Assembly (NCBI RefSeq): GCF_018350175.1
Contig: NC_058368.1
Coordinates: forward strand, 187,490,001 to 187,554,000
DNA: 64,000 bases
Direction: 5' to 3'
From: Felis catus
Taxonomy: Eukaryota
Shown here piece by piece: positions 14,396-26,653 of the stretch (positions are counted from its first letter, which is position 1; each line of letters begins with the position of its first letter). A program made the translations under genes and the position numbers. The notes beneath the pieces are model-generated. The model saw only the letters and a list, made by a program, of their open reading frames with translations. It ran no database searches and had not been told where the DNA came from.

Positions 14396-14637
14396 CCATA
14401 AAACCTTGATTTACAAGCATAATTCATTCCGGAAACATGCTTATAATCCAAAGCACTGGTACATCAAAGTGCATTTCAATAACCAATTGGCTCAGTTGTG
14501 ATCCTGTGACGTTTGCTGTCACATACTACTCGTATTGCAAGACATCGCTAGTTTATTAAGTTAAAATTTATTAGAAATGCTTGCTGGTCTTGCAGAACAC
14601 TCACAGAACAAGTTACTTGTAACCCAAGGTTGTACTG
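14396..14637. mobile_element. Tigger/TcMar-like MITE
   Basis: Degenerate terminal inverted repeats (AAAACCTTGATTTACAAG / CTTGTAACCCAAGGTTGTACTG) flanked by TA. Confidence 0.65.
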
Positions 14638-14655
14638 TATATATGAAAAAGAAAT

Positions 14656-15124
14656 TGTGTAGGTTAATTTTTTGTGTCTACTTGACTGAACCACAGGGTG
14701 CCAAGACACTTGGTTAAATATTATTCTGGGTTGTCTGTGAGGATGTTTTTAGATATGACTAAAATTGGAATTGGTCGCCTAAGTAAAGCAGATCGTCCTC
14801 CCTAATGTGGGTGGGCCTCATCTAATTAGTTGAAGGCCTCTTTCAACTGACCTCCCTCCCGGGAGTAAGAGGAAATTCCGTCTTGATTTCTTGGACATTA
14901 GTTTTTCCCTGTTTTCAGACTCAAACTGAAACTTCAGCTCTTTGTGGGTCTTGAAACTGCAGCCTTCAGACTGGTACTACACCGTGGTTCTTAGGCCTTC
15001 AGATTCAGACTCCTAGGTCTCCAGCATGCTGACTCACCCTGCAGATCTTGGGAATTGCCACTCTCCATAATCAACATGAGTCAATTCTCTGTAATAAATC
15101 TATCTACTACCTATCTGAATAGAT

Positions 15125-15175
<51 letters not shown>

Positions 15176-15215
15176 TAGATATACATATATACCATATCTC
15201 TGGAGAAGCCTAAGC
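14656..15215 (+). mobile_element. MLT2-type ERVL solo LTR with internal (GATA)n
   Basis: GGTTAATTTT..GTCTACTTGACTG start and CTCTGGAGAAGCCTAA end are characteristic of MLT2. Confidence 0.8.
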
Positions 15216-15579
15216 AGGAATCTTCACCTTAACTGACAGAGATTTAACTACAAGAGGACTTGAGGAGCCACTGTGTTCCTGAATTACACGTCTCCACAGC
15301 CACACAGCATGATTAGGCAGCAACTATTGAGTAGTGTGTCCAGCTTCCCACTGTGTCTCATCAACATGAGCTGATAAATCATGACCTCCCCCTATTATTT
15401 GAGGATGGCAAATCAATACTTCCATTATTATTATTACTCCCAAGGCACCTTTCCAGGAGCATCTGACCTGCTCTCTCCCAAGCACAGAGCAGAAAGGATG
15501 ATGAATCTGCTTCTGAGACCTCATCAATCACAGCAGGAGGGAAAGGAGAAGATAGGAAGAAGAGACATAAGGTTCAGGG

Positions 15580-15772
<193 letters not shown>

Positions 15773-16165
15773 AGCAAGCAGACATGTGAAAAGTAAAAGC
15801 TCAGTGTTTTCCTAGAACTTCCTTGATGGAAGCCCTTATGGGTGATGGTCAAGATGGCAGAACCCTGGGAAAAGATGCCAAGTCTATAGGTCAGGGGAAT
15901 GACCCAAAAATTTGCCTTAATGAACCACCTCTTCATGTGACTCTGCGCATCTAAAGTTTGTAGCTTAAAAACTTAGAGATCTGCTATTCACTTCTGAAAC
16001 GATCACTGGTGAGGATCTTGAGGTTTTGCAGTTCTGCAAGCCATCTCTCAGAGATAGGTCTTGCAGAATACCTGTATGCACGTTTGTAAGAATGGGACAG
16101 CAACTTTTGTATCAACATGAGCTGCCTTCCAGTTTAGTGCAGTGGGGATGTCCCTTGACTGACAC

Positions 16166-16349
16166 GTATGGTTCTAAAACCCTAGTGTGCATTAGTCAGT
16201 CAAAGGGCTTGTTAAAACAGAAAGTGCTAAGCCCCACTCCCAGAGTTTCTTATTCAGTAGGTCTTGGGTGGAGCTTGAGAATTTACATTTCTAAGTTCTC
16301 AGGTGATACTAATGTTGCTTGTTCAGGAAACACACTTTGAAAACCACTG
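16166..16349. mobile_element. MER5A-like hAT-Charlie element
   Basis: CCCAGAGTTTCTTATTCAGTAGGTCT..CACACTTTGAAAACCACTG. Confidence 0.8.
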
Positions 16350-16906
16350 GTTTACATAGTAGATGGATTCTTGGAAAGCAGCACATACATTGAGGGTTCT
16401 TTGGGGGGGGGGCAGAAAAACATAAGTAACAGAGAAAAAAAATCACCTGCTACTTGAACAAAACACACTATATATATTGGACTATGCTTACCTTATTCAC
16501 TGAACACATCAGGGAACTCCCTCCACTCTTCTATGACACACCCCTGCAACACAACTTCCAACAAATGCGTAGCACTAACGTTGTCTAGATTCATTGGAAT
16601 TGTGTGTGAAATTTCCTTCAATAACTTTACTGTTTCAATTAAATATGGTCAGTGTAAGAACTAAACAATAGAGAAAAATACAAAGAAGGGAAAATGCATC
16701 TCAATTCCCACCACCCCAAAGATGACCCCTGTTAATAAACTGATGTACATCTTTCAAAGCATATATTCTCAAATATATTTATAATTTTACACAAATTAGA
16801 ATCATATAATCTATTTTATAACCTGTTTTTTTCTTCTTACATAAGTTATGATAAAGCAAATACAAACTTAAAAATCCTCAGGAAATGTATTACTTAATGG
16901 AATCTT

Positions 16907-16915
16907 TTCTTTCTT

Positions 16916-16970
<55 letters not shown>

Positions 16971-17146
16971 AGAAAGAGAGGGAGAGAGCCTGGGGAAAGA
17001 GGGAGAGGGAGAGACAGAGAGAATCTCACGCAGCCTCCACACCCAGCCCAGAGCCCAAGGCAGGGCTCTATCTCACAACCATGAGGTCATGACCTGAGCT
17101 GAAATCAAGAGTTGATCACTTAACTAATTGAGCCACCCAGGCGCCC
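16907..17146 (-). mobile_element. Can-SINE with long poly-A tail
   Basis: About 50 T run; TSD ACTTAATG(G)AATCTT. Confidence 0.9.
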
Positions 17147-17193
17147 ACTTAATGAATCTTAATTCAAATCCTCTTAGGAAATAAAACAGTCTT

Positions 17194-17268
17194 TTATTTT
17201 TTCAATTTTTTAATTTTATTTTAGAGAGAGAGAGAGAGCAGAAGGGCAGAAGGGGGGAGAGAGAGAGG

Positions 17269-17321
<53 letters not shown>

Positions 17322-17445
17322 TCTTAAGCAGGCTCCATGCTTAGCATGGAGCCCAATGTGGTGCTCAGTCCCATGACCCTGGGATCATGACCTGAGCCAA
17401 AATCAAGAGTCAGACGCTCAACCGACTGAGCCACCCAGGCACCCT
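17194..17445 (-). mobile_element. Can-SINE
   Basis: TSD AAACAGTCTT (17184-17193 and 17447-17456). Confidence 0.9.
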
Positions 17446-19057
17446 GAAACAGTCTTGTATATGGCAAACGTGTACTCAGAGATCCACGGTGCTATCATTT
17501 TTCAGTGCCTGTGTGCGTGCATGTGTTTGTGTGTATTCCATATTTCATCATCAGGTTTGCTCTAGGAAGACTCACCTGTGGTAAGGATGAGCCTTTTGTA
17601 GTAAGTCAGAGTTCAGGGTCTGAGTGTTCACAGCACAGATGGTCTGAAACCCAGAGCATTTGGAGCTTTTGGTGTCAATTCTGGATTTTCTCCAACAGTC
17701 TAGGTGTAAAGACGCTGATCTCTGGTCTCAGTTGAGCTTCACCAATGTTCTGGTTCAAGAATGAGTCACTGGCTGAGTAAGGGTCTAGTAAGCAAAGGAC
17801 GGAAGTGGGCAGGGTGCGATGGGTGGGGGAGGCTCTTGATACTATCGGTACAGCCCCGAGAGGATGCACAGGCTCCACACCCATGCCAGAGCACTTTCAC
17901 AAGAACCAAGCACCTCTTTACAACCATAGAGTGTGGTTACAATATCCCTTTGCAAACAGTCCCTGTTTTCCAGATGAGGCTTGGTGTGAATGTAAGCTAT
18001 GCCCTGAGGACAGTGGCCAACCCATGGTAGGCACTCAATAAACCTCAGGGTCACTGAGAAGAAAATGTGAGAATGCACATGCTCTGGGGTCGCCCACTTT
18101 GTGCCTGCCTCTCCTCTCTGGGCCAGACCACACTCTGTAGACTATACAGAGATGGACCTTTCAGGACACCAAGAGACATTGATGCATCAAGGAGTTTCCA
18201 AGGGATGAGACTTCGTATTCCCATCCAATCTAAAACCTGATGAAAGCCTAAGTATTACTTATACAGCCCAAGCACTCTGCCTAAAGGTGGAAATTTTCAT
18301 CATCATACCACACGTGAGCCTCAAAATAGACCTAACTGACTTGGTGACAGAGGAAGACAATGAAAGGGCTTGACCCACCACATACAGCTAACCATGCCAG
18401 CAAATGGAGGGACCCTTCAAAACCTCTGTATCCCTTTTCCCAGGGAGAAACTAGGGATCCTGGTAAAGTCTAATTACAACCTATTTTGCCTTGCTTATAA
18501 CACAAAGACAATGTATCCTAATGTATTTATAGAAGGCAAGGAAGTAGATATCCAAATAAAAAGACAGGGGACCGTAAGAGGGATGTACCCATGATTCTCA
18601 TCTTTAAAAGGGACCAGTTATCTCAGCAATCCATGCTAAAGAACAACCGTCACATTCTATTAATGCTGTCTGATCCCACGAAGAGGGGGAAATATCGTTA
18701 CATGTCAGTTCTGGGTGTCCCAAGCTTCATTAGTGATTTCCCCCCAGAGTCTCCTATAGCAGCATGTAAAGCACTTAGTACAGTACCTGGACTGCCAGCA
18801 GTAATCAATATATGTAAAGTAGTAGCGGCCGCAACTGTAGCAAGAATGACTTGCAGACAGCAGTTAGCTGCTTGGAAAACTGCTCAGCATAGAATTCAAG
18901 TTTTCTCACAATCAAATGACTGCTTTTCCCATGAGCACACCCTCCCTATTCCTTCAGAGTCTGAGACCCCATCTGCTCCAGTTTTCCAAATCCTTCGGCC
19001 ACCCTTGGGTCTGCTCTCTGCAGTATCCCCGAGTCCACGACGACAGAGATATCCCAG

Positions 19058-19079
19058 CTGAAGAACTGAACTTCACAGG
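19058..19079 (-). ncRNA. MIR146A: miR-146a-3p passenger arm (CCUGUGAAGUUCAGUUCUUCAG)
   Basis: Pairs with the 5p arm; ends inferred from the known human/mouse 3p. Confidence 0.9.
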
Positions 19080-19093
19080 TCTGACACTGACAC

Positions 19094-19115
19094 AACCCAT
19101 GGAATTCAGTTCTCA
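19094..19115 (-). ncRNA. MIR146A: mature miR-146a-5p (UGAGAACUGAAUUCCAUGGGUU)
   Basis: Exact 22-nt match to the known mature sequence; seed GAGAACU. CCAUGGGUU distinguishes it from miR-146b (CCAUAGGCU). Confidence 0.99.
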
Positions 19116-20028
19116 AAGCTGAGGATACACAACCAGACTTCCGGGAGTCAGCACAAAGCCCCCCTCCTTGCGGTCCTGGCTCATCCCAGCCCTGCAAGAC
19201 ATGAGAGAGAAAAGGCAGGTGAATCCAGATCAGGTGATGGCACTTACAAGTTCTAAGCATCAGGAGGGCTGTGTGAGGTGGACGTTACCAGCATTAAGCA
19301 GCATTAAACAGAAGAGCCGCTCTCGCCTGCCTCGTGTCCCTGAGACATGTCATCCCTCTTGCCTGGAAAACTCCTCCCTCTCTTTAACACCAACTCATCC
19401 TTAGGTTCTCACCTTCCATGTCACCTCCTCAAAGAAGCCATCCATGGCAGAGACTGCTAGCTACTCACCCAACCTCTGTTTCCCACCCCCCCCCGCCCCC
19501 CGTTCAGAGTAAAAGAACCCCAGAATTTAATCTGCACACATGAACACCTGGGACATCCCGGTCTCGTGTGACTGAGTTCTGGCTCTGAGCAGAAGTGATG
19601 AACCTTCCGGTGCCTCTTCCCTCCTTCTCATTGCTTGGACTGTAGACATAGTAGGAAGCCCCTCCAAAGGAGGGAAAGAGCAATATGTTAGTAGAAATTG
19701 TAGGGCTTCCATATGACCCCTAGACTGCTTACAGCTACCATACTGCACCAGCGAGGATTAAACATCTGCCTCATCTAAGCCAGTGTTATTTGGGGCTCTC
19801 TGCTGGAGCACCTGAATGTTAGAGTTTTTCTAATACCTTTTCTCTAACCCCCATTAGCCTCCTGCTATTCTCTTTTATAATATCCACTTCTTTCCCTTCA
19901 TAGCACATACCATACTTTGTAACTATAAATCTCTCTGGATAATTATTTGATTAGTATTTATCTTCCCAGCAAGACTGTGTTTTCCACAAGGGCAAAGACC
20001 ATGCTAGGGTTTTTAAAATAAAATAATA

Positions 20029-20235
20029 GGGGGTGCCTGGGTGGCTCAGGCAGTTCAGCATCTGACTCTTGATTTTGGCTCAGGCCATGCTCTCATGGTC
20101 GTGAGATCAAGCCCCAAACACTGTGATGGGCTCCCCACTGAGCACGGAGCTTGCTTGGGATTCTCTCTCTCCCTCTCCCTCTGCCACTCCCCAGTTCTTT
20201 CTCCCTCTCAAAAAAATAATAAATAAAAAATAAAT
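20029..20235 (+). mobile_element. Can-SINE
   Basis: Head, (CT)n, A tail. Confidence 0.88.
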
Positions 20236-20244
20236 ATATATAAT

Positions 20245-21184
20245 AGGATTGAGATATAATTCATTTTCCATGTTATTCAGTTGTACAATACAGTGGTTTT
20301 TAGTATATTCACAGACAGTGCAACCATCAACATAATCAACTTTACAACACTTTCGCCATCCCTAAAATAACCCCAGTACCCATTAGCGGTCACTCCCCAT
20401 TTTCCTCAGCCCTAGGCAATCACGAATCTATTTTCTGTTTCTAAAGATTTGTTCATTCTATGCATTTTATGTCAGTGAAACCATAAAATACATGACCTTT
20501 TGTGGTTGACTTCTTTTACTTAGCATGATGTTTTCAAAGTTTATCTATGTTTTAGCATGTAGGAGTACTTCATTACTTTTATGGATGCATAACATTCCAT
20601 TCCATTGTATGGACATACCACATTTTGTTTATCCATCCATCAGTTGATGGGCATTTGGGTTGTTGCCATTTTTTGCCTATTATGCATAAGGCTTCTGTGA
20701 ACACTCGTGTACAGTCTTCTGTGTAGACATGTTTTCGTGTCTCTTGGGTATATACCTATGAATAGAATTGCTGTATCATATAGTAACTCTACAGTTGACC
20801 TTTTGATGAACTGCCAGACTGTTTTCCAAAGTGACTGTACTATTTTACAACTCTACTAGAAGTATATCAGGGTTTCAATTTCTCCACCAATACTTGTTAT
20901 TCTCTTTCTTTTGATCATAGCCATTCTACTGGGTGTGAAGTGGTATCTCACTGTGGTTTTGATTTGCATCTCCCTGATGGTTAGTGATATTGAGTATCCT
21001 TTCATGTGCTTACTGGCCATTTGTATATCTTCTTTGAAAAAATGTTGATTCAGATCCTTTGCTAATTTCTTAAGTGGGTTGTCTTTTGTAACAGTTCCTT
21101 ATATGTTCTGGATACAATCCATATAAATATGATTTGCAAATATTTTTTCCCATTCTGTGGGTTGCCTTTTAGCTTTCTTGATGG
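20245..21184 (-). mobile_element. old LINE-1 3' fragment (L1MA/MB-like)
   Basis: Typical antisense L1 3' UTR/ORF2 sequence, e.g. GTGGTATCTCACTGTGGTTTTGATTTGCAT. Confidence 0.88.
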
Positions 21185-21192
21185 GTGCGTGC

Positions 21193-21226
<34 letters not shown>
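21184..21226. repeat. (TGCG)n(TG)n microsatellite
   Basis: Direct reading. Confidence 0.95.
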
Positions 21227-21228
<2 letters not shown>

Positions 21229-21334
21229 TTTCCATAACATTATTTCCAAATTTAGCTGTATAGACTCTGTAGGTACTCCAGAGTTAAGACAGGAAGACAA
21301 GAAGGCAGGAAGAAAGGAAGGGAAGGAGGAAGTT

Positions 21335-22310
21335 AGTTTTAGAGATCATGTGGTTTAATGTCCTTATTTTATAGATGGGGAAACTGAAAGCCTAAAGACA
21401 TTAAGATGTCAGCATGATGAGTAAGAAAAACAAGGAACTAGAAGTTGGAACTGGGTTCTAGTCCCAGCTTGTCTCCTACCACTGTAAAAATTAGGCAAGT
21501 CACGTAACCTCTCTGCACATCACAGACCTCCTCTTTCCAATCAGGTGCTAGCAGGAGCAAAGTGAACCACGCATGAGAAAGCATTGCTTGACCAGGAGTT
21601 ATAATTGAGGCCCAAGATCGCACAGCTTAATCAATCAAGTCAGAAAAAGGTGGTGACTGGCCCAATTTTGATTCAGGGTGCATCCTGGGGCATCATAGTT
21701 CATTTTCCAGGTTGTTGCTCATTTCCATCATCAATTGGGAAACTTTCTGGTTCAATGCAAGGAAGGGGGCAGGCACTAAGTCCCACATTACATAAATTCT
21801 GAGTCTTCCTACCCACTGACGGTCCTAAACAAGAAGTTATCCTTCCACTCAGTAGAGCCCTGAGCAGGGATTATGTCTTATTCACTATTGAATCCTTAGC
21901 ACTTAACACTGTGCCTGGCATATGGTAGATGCACCAAAGTATTGTTTAATTAGTGAACGAATGAATGAATGAATGAATGTTAACTGTAATATGAACCCGA
22001 ACCTCAAAATCTTAATGAAGCAGATTCTGAGGTAGCATCTGTGCATATCTAGAGGCAGTAACACAAAATGATTAGAGAGCAGGCTTTTGAGTTTGGCTGC
22101 CAAAGTTCTACTCCTAGCTCTGCCACCAGCCAGCTGCGTGATCCTGGACAATTTACTGACCTCTCTGAGACTCACTTTTCTCACCTGTACTTTAAGGATA
22201 ATAATAGATCTATGTCACTGAGTGTTGGGATTCAGCCAGGTAATGTTTCTAGAACATAGTGCCTGGTACGTTTATTGAGTCAACACTCAATAAATGGTAA
22301 TTTTATATTA
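21335..22310. mobile_element. cluster of MIR and L2 3'-end fragments
   Basis: MIR core (ATTTTATAGATGGGGAAACTGA) and L2 tail (GTGCCTGGCATATGGTAG..TGAATGAATGAA). Confidence 0.65.
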
Positions 22311-24029
22311 GAATCAGGAATGAATGATGTGATGGATTAACAAAGTCTGTCACAAATACAGAGAGGGAAAGAGGCAGCCACATATTTTCATCTCTGCTTA
22401 TACTTACATTTGGTTCTATCTATCGCTGTCCTATACCCATGCCTTTGACTCCTGTTCTATGCCAGGCTGCAGGCTTTGTTCATCCATGGCCCTAAGCCAA
22501 AGCTCCAGGCATTTTTTATTCTGGTTGGATCCACACAATTTGGTGATTACTATAAACACATCTTGCATGGCTCATGCAGCACCTACTCAGAATGATCCAC
22601 GGGGCACTCACTTCCCTGTGGGGCATGTAATGGCTTCTCCAGCACCCTCAATTCAACGTAGCCTTTTATACTTAGAATACAATGTAATGCACAATGTAAA
22701 TTCCAGCACTGGAGGGCCTCCACTGTTTCATTTCTTAAGTAAGTCTTGATTCCCCCTTTTATGTGAAGGAAAACCAAGACATGGAAGGGGGAAAAGTGAT
22801 ACCCTCACTCTAAATTGATCCAACATAGATGACCCTGAGATAGGAGAGCCAGCAACACAAAAATATAATGGGAAATAGGGAGCCACACAACATAGTAACT
22901 GCCAAGAGCCAACATTTGCCAGACCCAAACAAACCACCTCACGTGCAAATCTCACTTTATTCTCACAAGCCACAGGAGCAGATACTGTTGCCATCTCTAC
23001 TTGACAAGGGGAAAAAAAATTAAGGAGGAAGTGGAGGAAGAAAACGGGAAGAAGGAGGAGTAGAAGGTAAATGGTTAAAACCGCACCCTAGCACACATTT
23101 CTAACCATTCTGCCCCATACCTGCCTCTTGGAGAAGTTAAAAAAAAAAAAAAAAAAAAATTCTTCCATAAAGAAAAATAAGGTGGCAGGCTATAGCGATG
23201 AAAAATAAGTAACCGTAGGAGGCAACATATAACACATACTCAGGCTGACCTCGTAAAAAAGGGGCCAGCAGCTGGTGGAAGGAAGACCTCACTCTAAGAC
23301 TGGCCCCTGGGAAGATAACCCTCCTCCCACAGTCCACCTCGGCTCAGTAAATGGAATCCAGAGGACTAGGCTAAAACTGTGGCATTTTTGACTCATTTCT
23401 TTCACACCCTCCATTCAACCCTCTGCAAGTCCTGAGAACTCTTCCTTCACAGCACAGGAAACCTAACCTGCAACCCTGCCACCATCACCTGCCCCCTAGA
23501 CCCCAGCAGCCACCTCCTCGCTACCCCCTTCCACTCTTGCCTCTACAGTCCACCCTCAAACAGCAGCCAGAGGGATCTGATCAGCAGGTAAATCAGATCA
23601 TGCCACTTCCCTGAAGAAAGCTCTCCAATGGCTTCCTTCACATCCAGTGCAAAATCCAGACCCCTTAGCATGACCTGCAGGGCTTGTGTGGTCGGGCCCC
23701 ATCCCATCCCCAGGATCATTCTCTACCATCCTTCCCTCACTCATCCACTCCCACCCAACTGGCTTCCTTGCTGTTTTGGTTCCCATAGGCTACTTCCTTT
23801 TCCTGGAATGCTCTTCATCCAAATATTTGCCATGTACACCTCTCACTTCTGCCAGACTCAAGGGTCACCTCATCAGGATCACCTGACCCTGGAGCCAAAA
23901 TAACCACAAACATGCCCCTGTGTGCTCCATGCCCTCACCCTGCTTTCCTTCTTCATAAAATGTCTTATTCTGTGATAGTTATGGTTACTTACTTGTTTAT
24001 TGCCTGCCTCATAAGAATGAAAACTCCAA

Positions 24030-24172
24030 GGGGGAGACTGGGTGGCTCAGTTGGTTGAGCATCCCACTCTTGATTTCAGCTCAGGTCATGATCTCACAGT
24101 TTGTGAGTCTGAGCCCCACACTGGCCTCTGCACTATCAGTGCAAAGCCTGCTTGGGAGTCCCTGTCTGTCTG

Positions 24173-24208
<36 letters not shown>

Positions 24209-24216
24209 TCCTTCTT

Positions 24217-24247
<31 letters not shown>

Positions 24248-24370
24248 TTCTCTCTCTTTCTCTCTGTCTCTCTGCCTCTCTCTCTCCCTCCCTCCCTCTC
24301 TCTCTCTCCCTCCCTCCCTCTCTCCCACCCCTTTCTCTCAAAATTAATAAACTTAAAAAAAAAAAAAAAA
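24030..24370 (+). mobile_element. Can-SINE with expanded (CT)n, inserted in an L2 remnant
   Basis: Head plus about 170 bp of CT repeat plus A tail. Confidence 0.9.
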
Positions 24371-25520
24371 GTCCATGAGGCTATGCCCTTTGACCAGAAT
24401 CATGCTTGGTATAGAGTCAGTCAGTTTGCAATCTGAGAACTTACTTTTCATTATCATCCCCCGAATGAGCCTTTTTTTCCTAATCACCTAATGATTTTTC
24501 TAATCACCCTCACTATGAAATTTTACTATCACAGATATACTGTATGCTGTTTATGTGCCATTTGTATAGCTGTGCTTCATACAAAAAGACACTAAAATTT
24601 TTTTCAACCCCCAAGAGCCAATTTCCGCACTCCGGGGGCATGTGCCCCCCACTGGGAATGCATGGAACAGGTGCTTGATAAATATTTGTTAAATGGCTAA
24701 AGCTCATGAGATGAACAGCAAGCTGAAATACAGACATCATACAAGGTATGAAGTGCAGCTGGGGAAATTCCAAGCGGGCCCCCCACCCCACCCCACCCCT
24801 CTAATCTATAGTATGAGTACATCCTGTCAAGCTGTGTCTGGTGGCTACCCAGGATTTTTCTAATTCAGGTTTTCAGCTTGGTTTTTTTAACCCTAATCAT
24901 GTTTGCATCCTGACTCTTACGGCTATTTCAGATGCTTACATTCACTTTTCCTCCACCTTCCTCTCATCCCCAAGCATGCTTTAAAACCCAGGGAAGTCCC
25001 CCTCCATTCATGCCCAATGCATTCTCCATCCCATAAGCCATCACAGAGCTTTTGTGTGAGCTACACCCTGGGGATAAGATGATTATGCCCTTTAGGAGCT
25101 TATGGGTACATGAGGGTAGACAAGCAGGACGTTTAGTACAACATACCAAATGCCTAGTAGGAGAGACAATTTGCTTTGAAAGGACAACTGCATCCACTGG
25201 GATCTCTCCTTCCACAACATCCAACCACCCATTCATTCATTCATTCATTCACCTGTTCATTTACTCATTCTCAGTCATTTAGGGAGCACCTGTTCCATGT
25301 CAGGCCCTGGGACAAATGCTGAAGGTAGAGCAGGGAGCAAGAGGAACACGGCTCTTGCCTCTGACCCCGTGGAGATCACCAAATAACAGGAGAGACTAAA
25401 ATCTCAGAAACAATCATACAAAACAAGTGAGCTCAAATGTGGTCTGTGCCAACCAATGGAAAAGCACAAAATCCTATGAAGCACCTGGTGGATAGAAAGA
25501 AGTGACATTTAAGAAATCCT

Positions 25521-26052
25521 GGGGACGCCTGCCTGGCTCAGTCTGTAGAGGTCTTGATCTCGGAGTTGTGAGTTCAAGCCCCACATTTGGTTTAGAGATT
25601 ACTTAAAAAAATAAAATCTTAAAAAAAAAAAAAAAAAAAAAAGCGGAAGGTGCCTGGGTGGCTCAGTTGGTTAAGCGCCCAACTTCCTTTAAAAAAATTT
25701 TTTTTTAATGTTTATTTACTTTTGAGAGAGAGACACAGACTGTGAGCAGAGAAGGGGCAAGAGAGAGGGGGAGACACAGAATCTGAAGCAGGCTCCAGGC
25801 TCTGAGCTGTCAGCACAGAGCCCAATACCCGGCTTGAACTCGCGAGCTGTAAGATCATGACCTGAGCTGACGTCGGACACTTAACTAAGCCATTCAGGTG
25901 CCCCTTAAGCATCCAACTCTTGATTTCAGCTCAGGTCATTATCTCATGGTTCATGAGCTAGAGCCCCATATGGGGCTCGCTCTTTCTCTCTCTCTCTGCC
26001 TATCCTCTGCCCTTATTCTCTCTCTCTCTCTCAAAAATAAATAAATAAATTA
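25521..26052. mobile_element. SINE cluster: short + SINE, then a + SINE interrupted by a nested - SINE (25688-25904)
   Basis: Duplicated target TTAAGC(G/A)(C/T)CCAACT either side of the inner element. Confidence 0.88.
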
Positions 26053-26442
26053 AAAATCTATGTATTTTAAAAATAATTTTAAAAAGAAGAGGAAGGAATC
26101 CTGAAGGATAAACAGTCTGTGGTCTGGTGAAGAACAGGCAAAGAGCATACAGGCAGAGGGAACAGAATGTTCAAATACTCTGAGATAGGATGTGACCAGG
26201 CACAAGTGGGGACTGGCAGAGGTCCCTCTGCTGGGGCCAGTAATGAGACCAGGGATAGCGTGGAAGTAAGGGAGGCCCAAACAGCCAAGGGCCAGTTCCC
26301 ATCAGCCTTACTCAGGAATTTGGAGTTGACCCTGATAGAAGACAGAGGAAACAGGGAAATAATGTGATCCCCATTGCACTTTTTAAATATTCTGGATGCA
26401 TTTGGCAAAAATTGGGATGGGGACAAGAAAAAGTCCTGTGTT

Positions 26443-26653
26443 GGGGTGCCTGGGTGGCTCAGTCGGTTAAGCGGCCGACTTCGGCTCAGGTCATGATCTC
26501 GCAGTCCGTGAGTTCGAGCCCCGCGTCAGGCTCTGTGCTGACAGCTCAGAGCCTGGAGCCTGTTTCGGATTCTGTGTCTCCCTCTCTCTGACCCTCCCCC
26601 GTTCATGCTCTGTCTCTCTCTGTCTCAAAAATAAATAAACGTTAAAAAAAAAA
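26443..26653 (+). mobile_element. young SINEC_Fc
   Basis: Many intact CpGs; 17-bp TSD AAGAAA(A/T)AGTCCTGTGT. Confidence 0.95.

Larger units (their letters stand above)
19037..19135 (-). ncRNA. MIR146A: miR-146a stem-loop (pre-miRNA plus basal stem)
   Basis: Minus strand reads TGTGTATCCTCAGCTTTGAGAACTGAATTCCATGGGTTGTGTCAGTGTCAGACCTGTGAAGTTCAGTTCTTCAGCTGGGATATCTCTGTCGTCGT. The 5p arm is identical to miR-146a-5p, the arms are complementary, and the GUGUCAGUGUCAGA loop is that of 146a. Confidence 0.99.
17190..19191 (-). ncRNA. MIR3142HG: pri-miR-146a host lncRNA exon 2 (3' end uncertain)
   Basis: Strong acceptor ccttttctctctcatgtcttgcag|GGCTGGG at 19192/19191, about 55 nt upstream of the hairpin. 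First minus-strand AATAAA that I found is at 17215-17220. Confidence 0.7.

Noticed and set aside
18591..19260. 156-aa (+) and 104-aa (-) ORFs overlapping the hairpin
   Set aside because: No recognisable protein. The region is explained by miR-146a, and the minus ORF runs through the intron acceptor.
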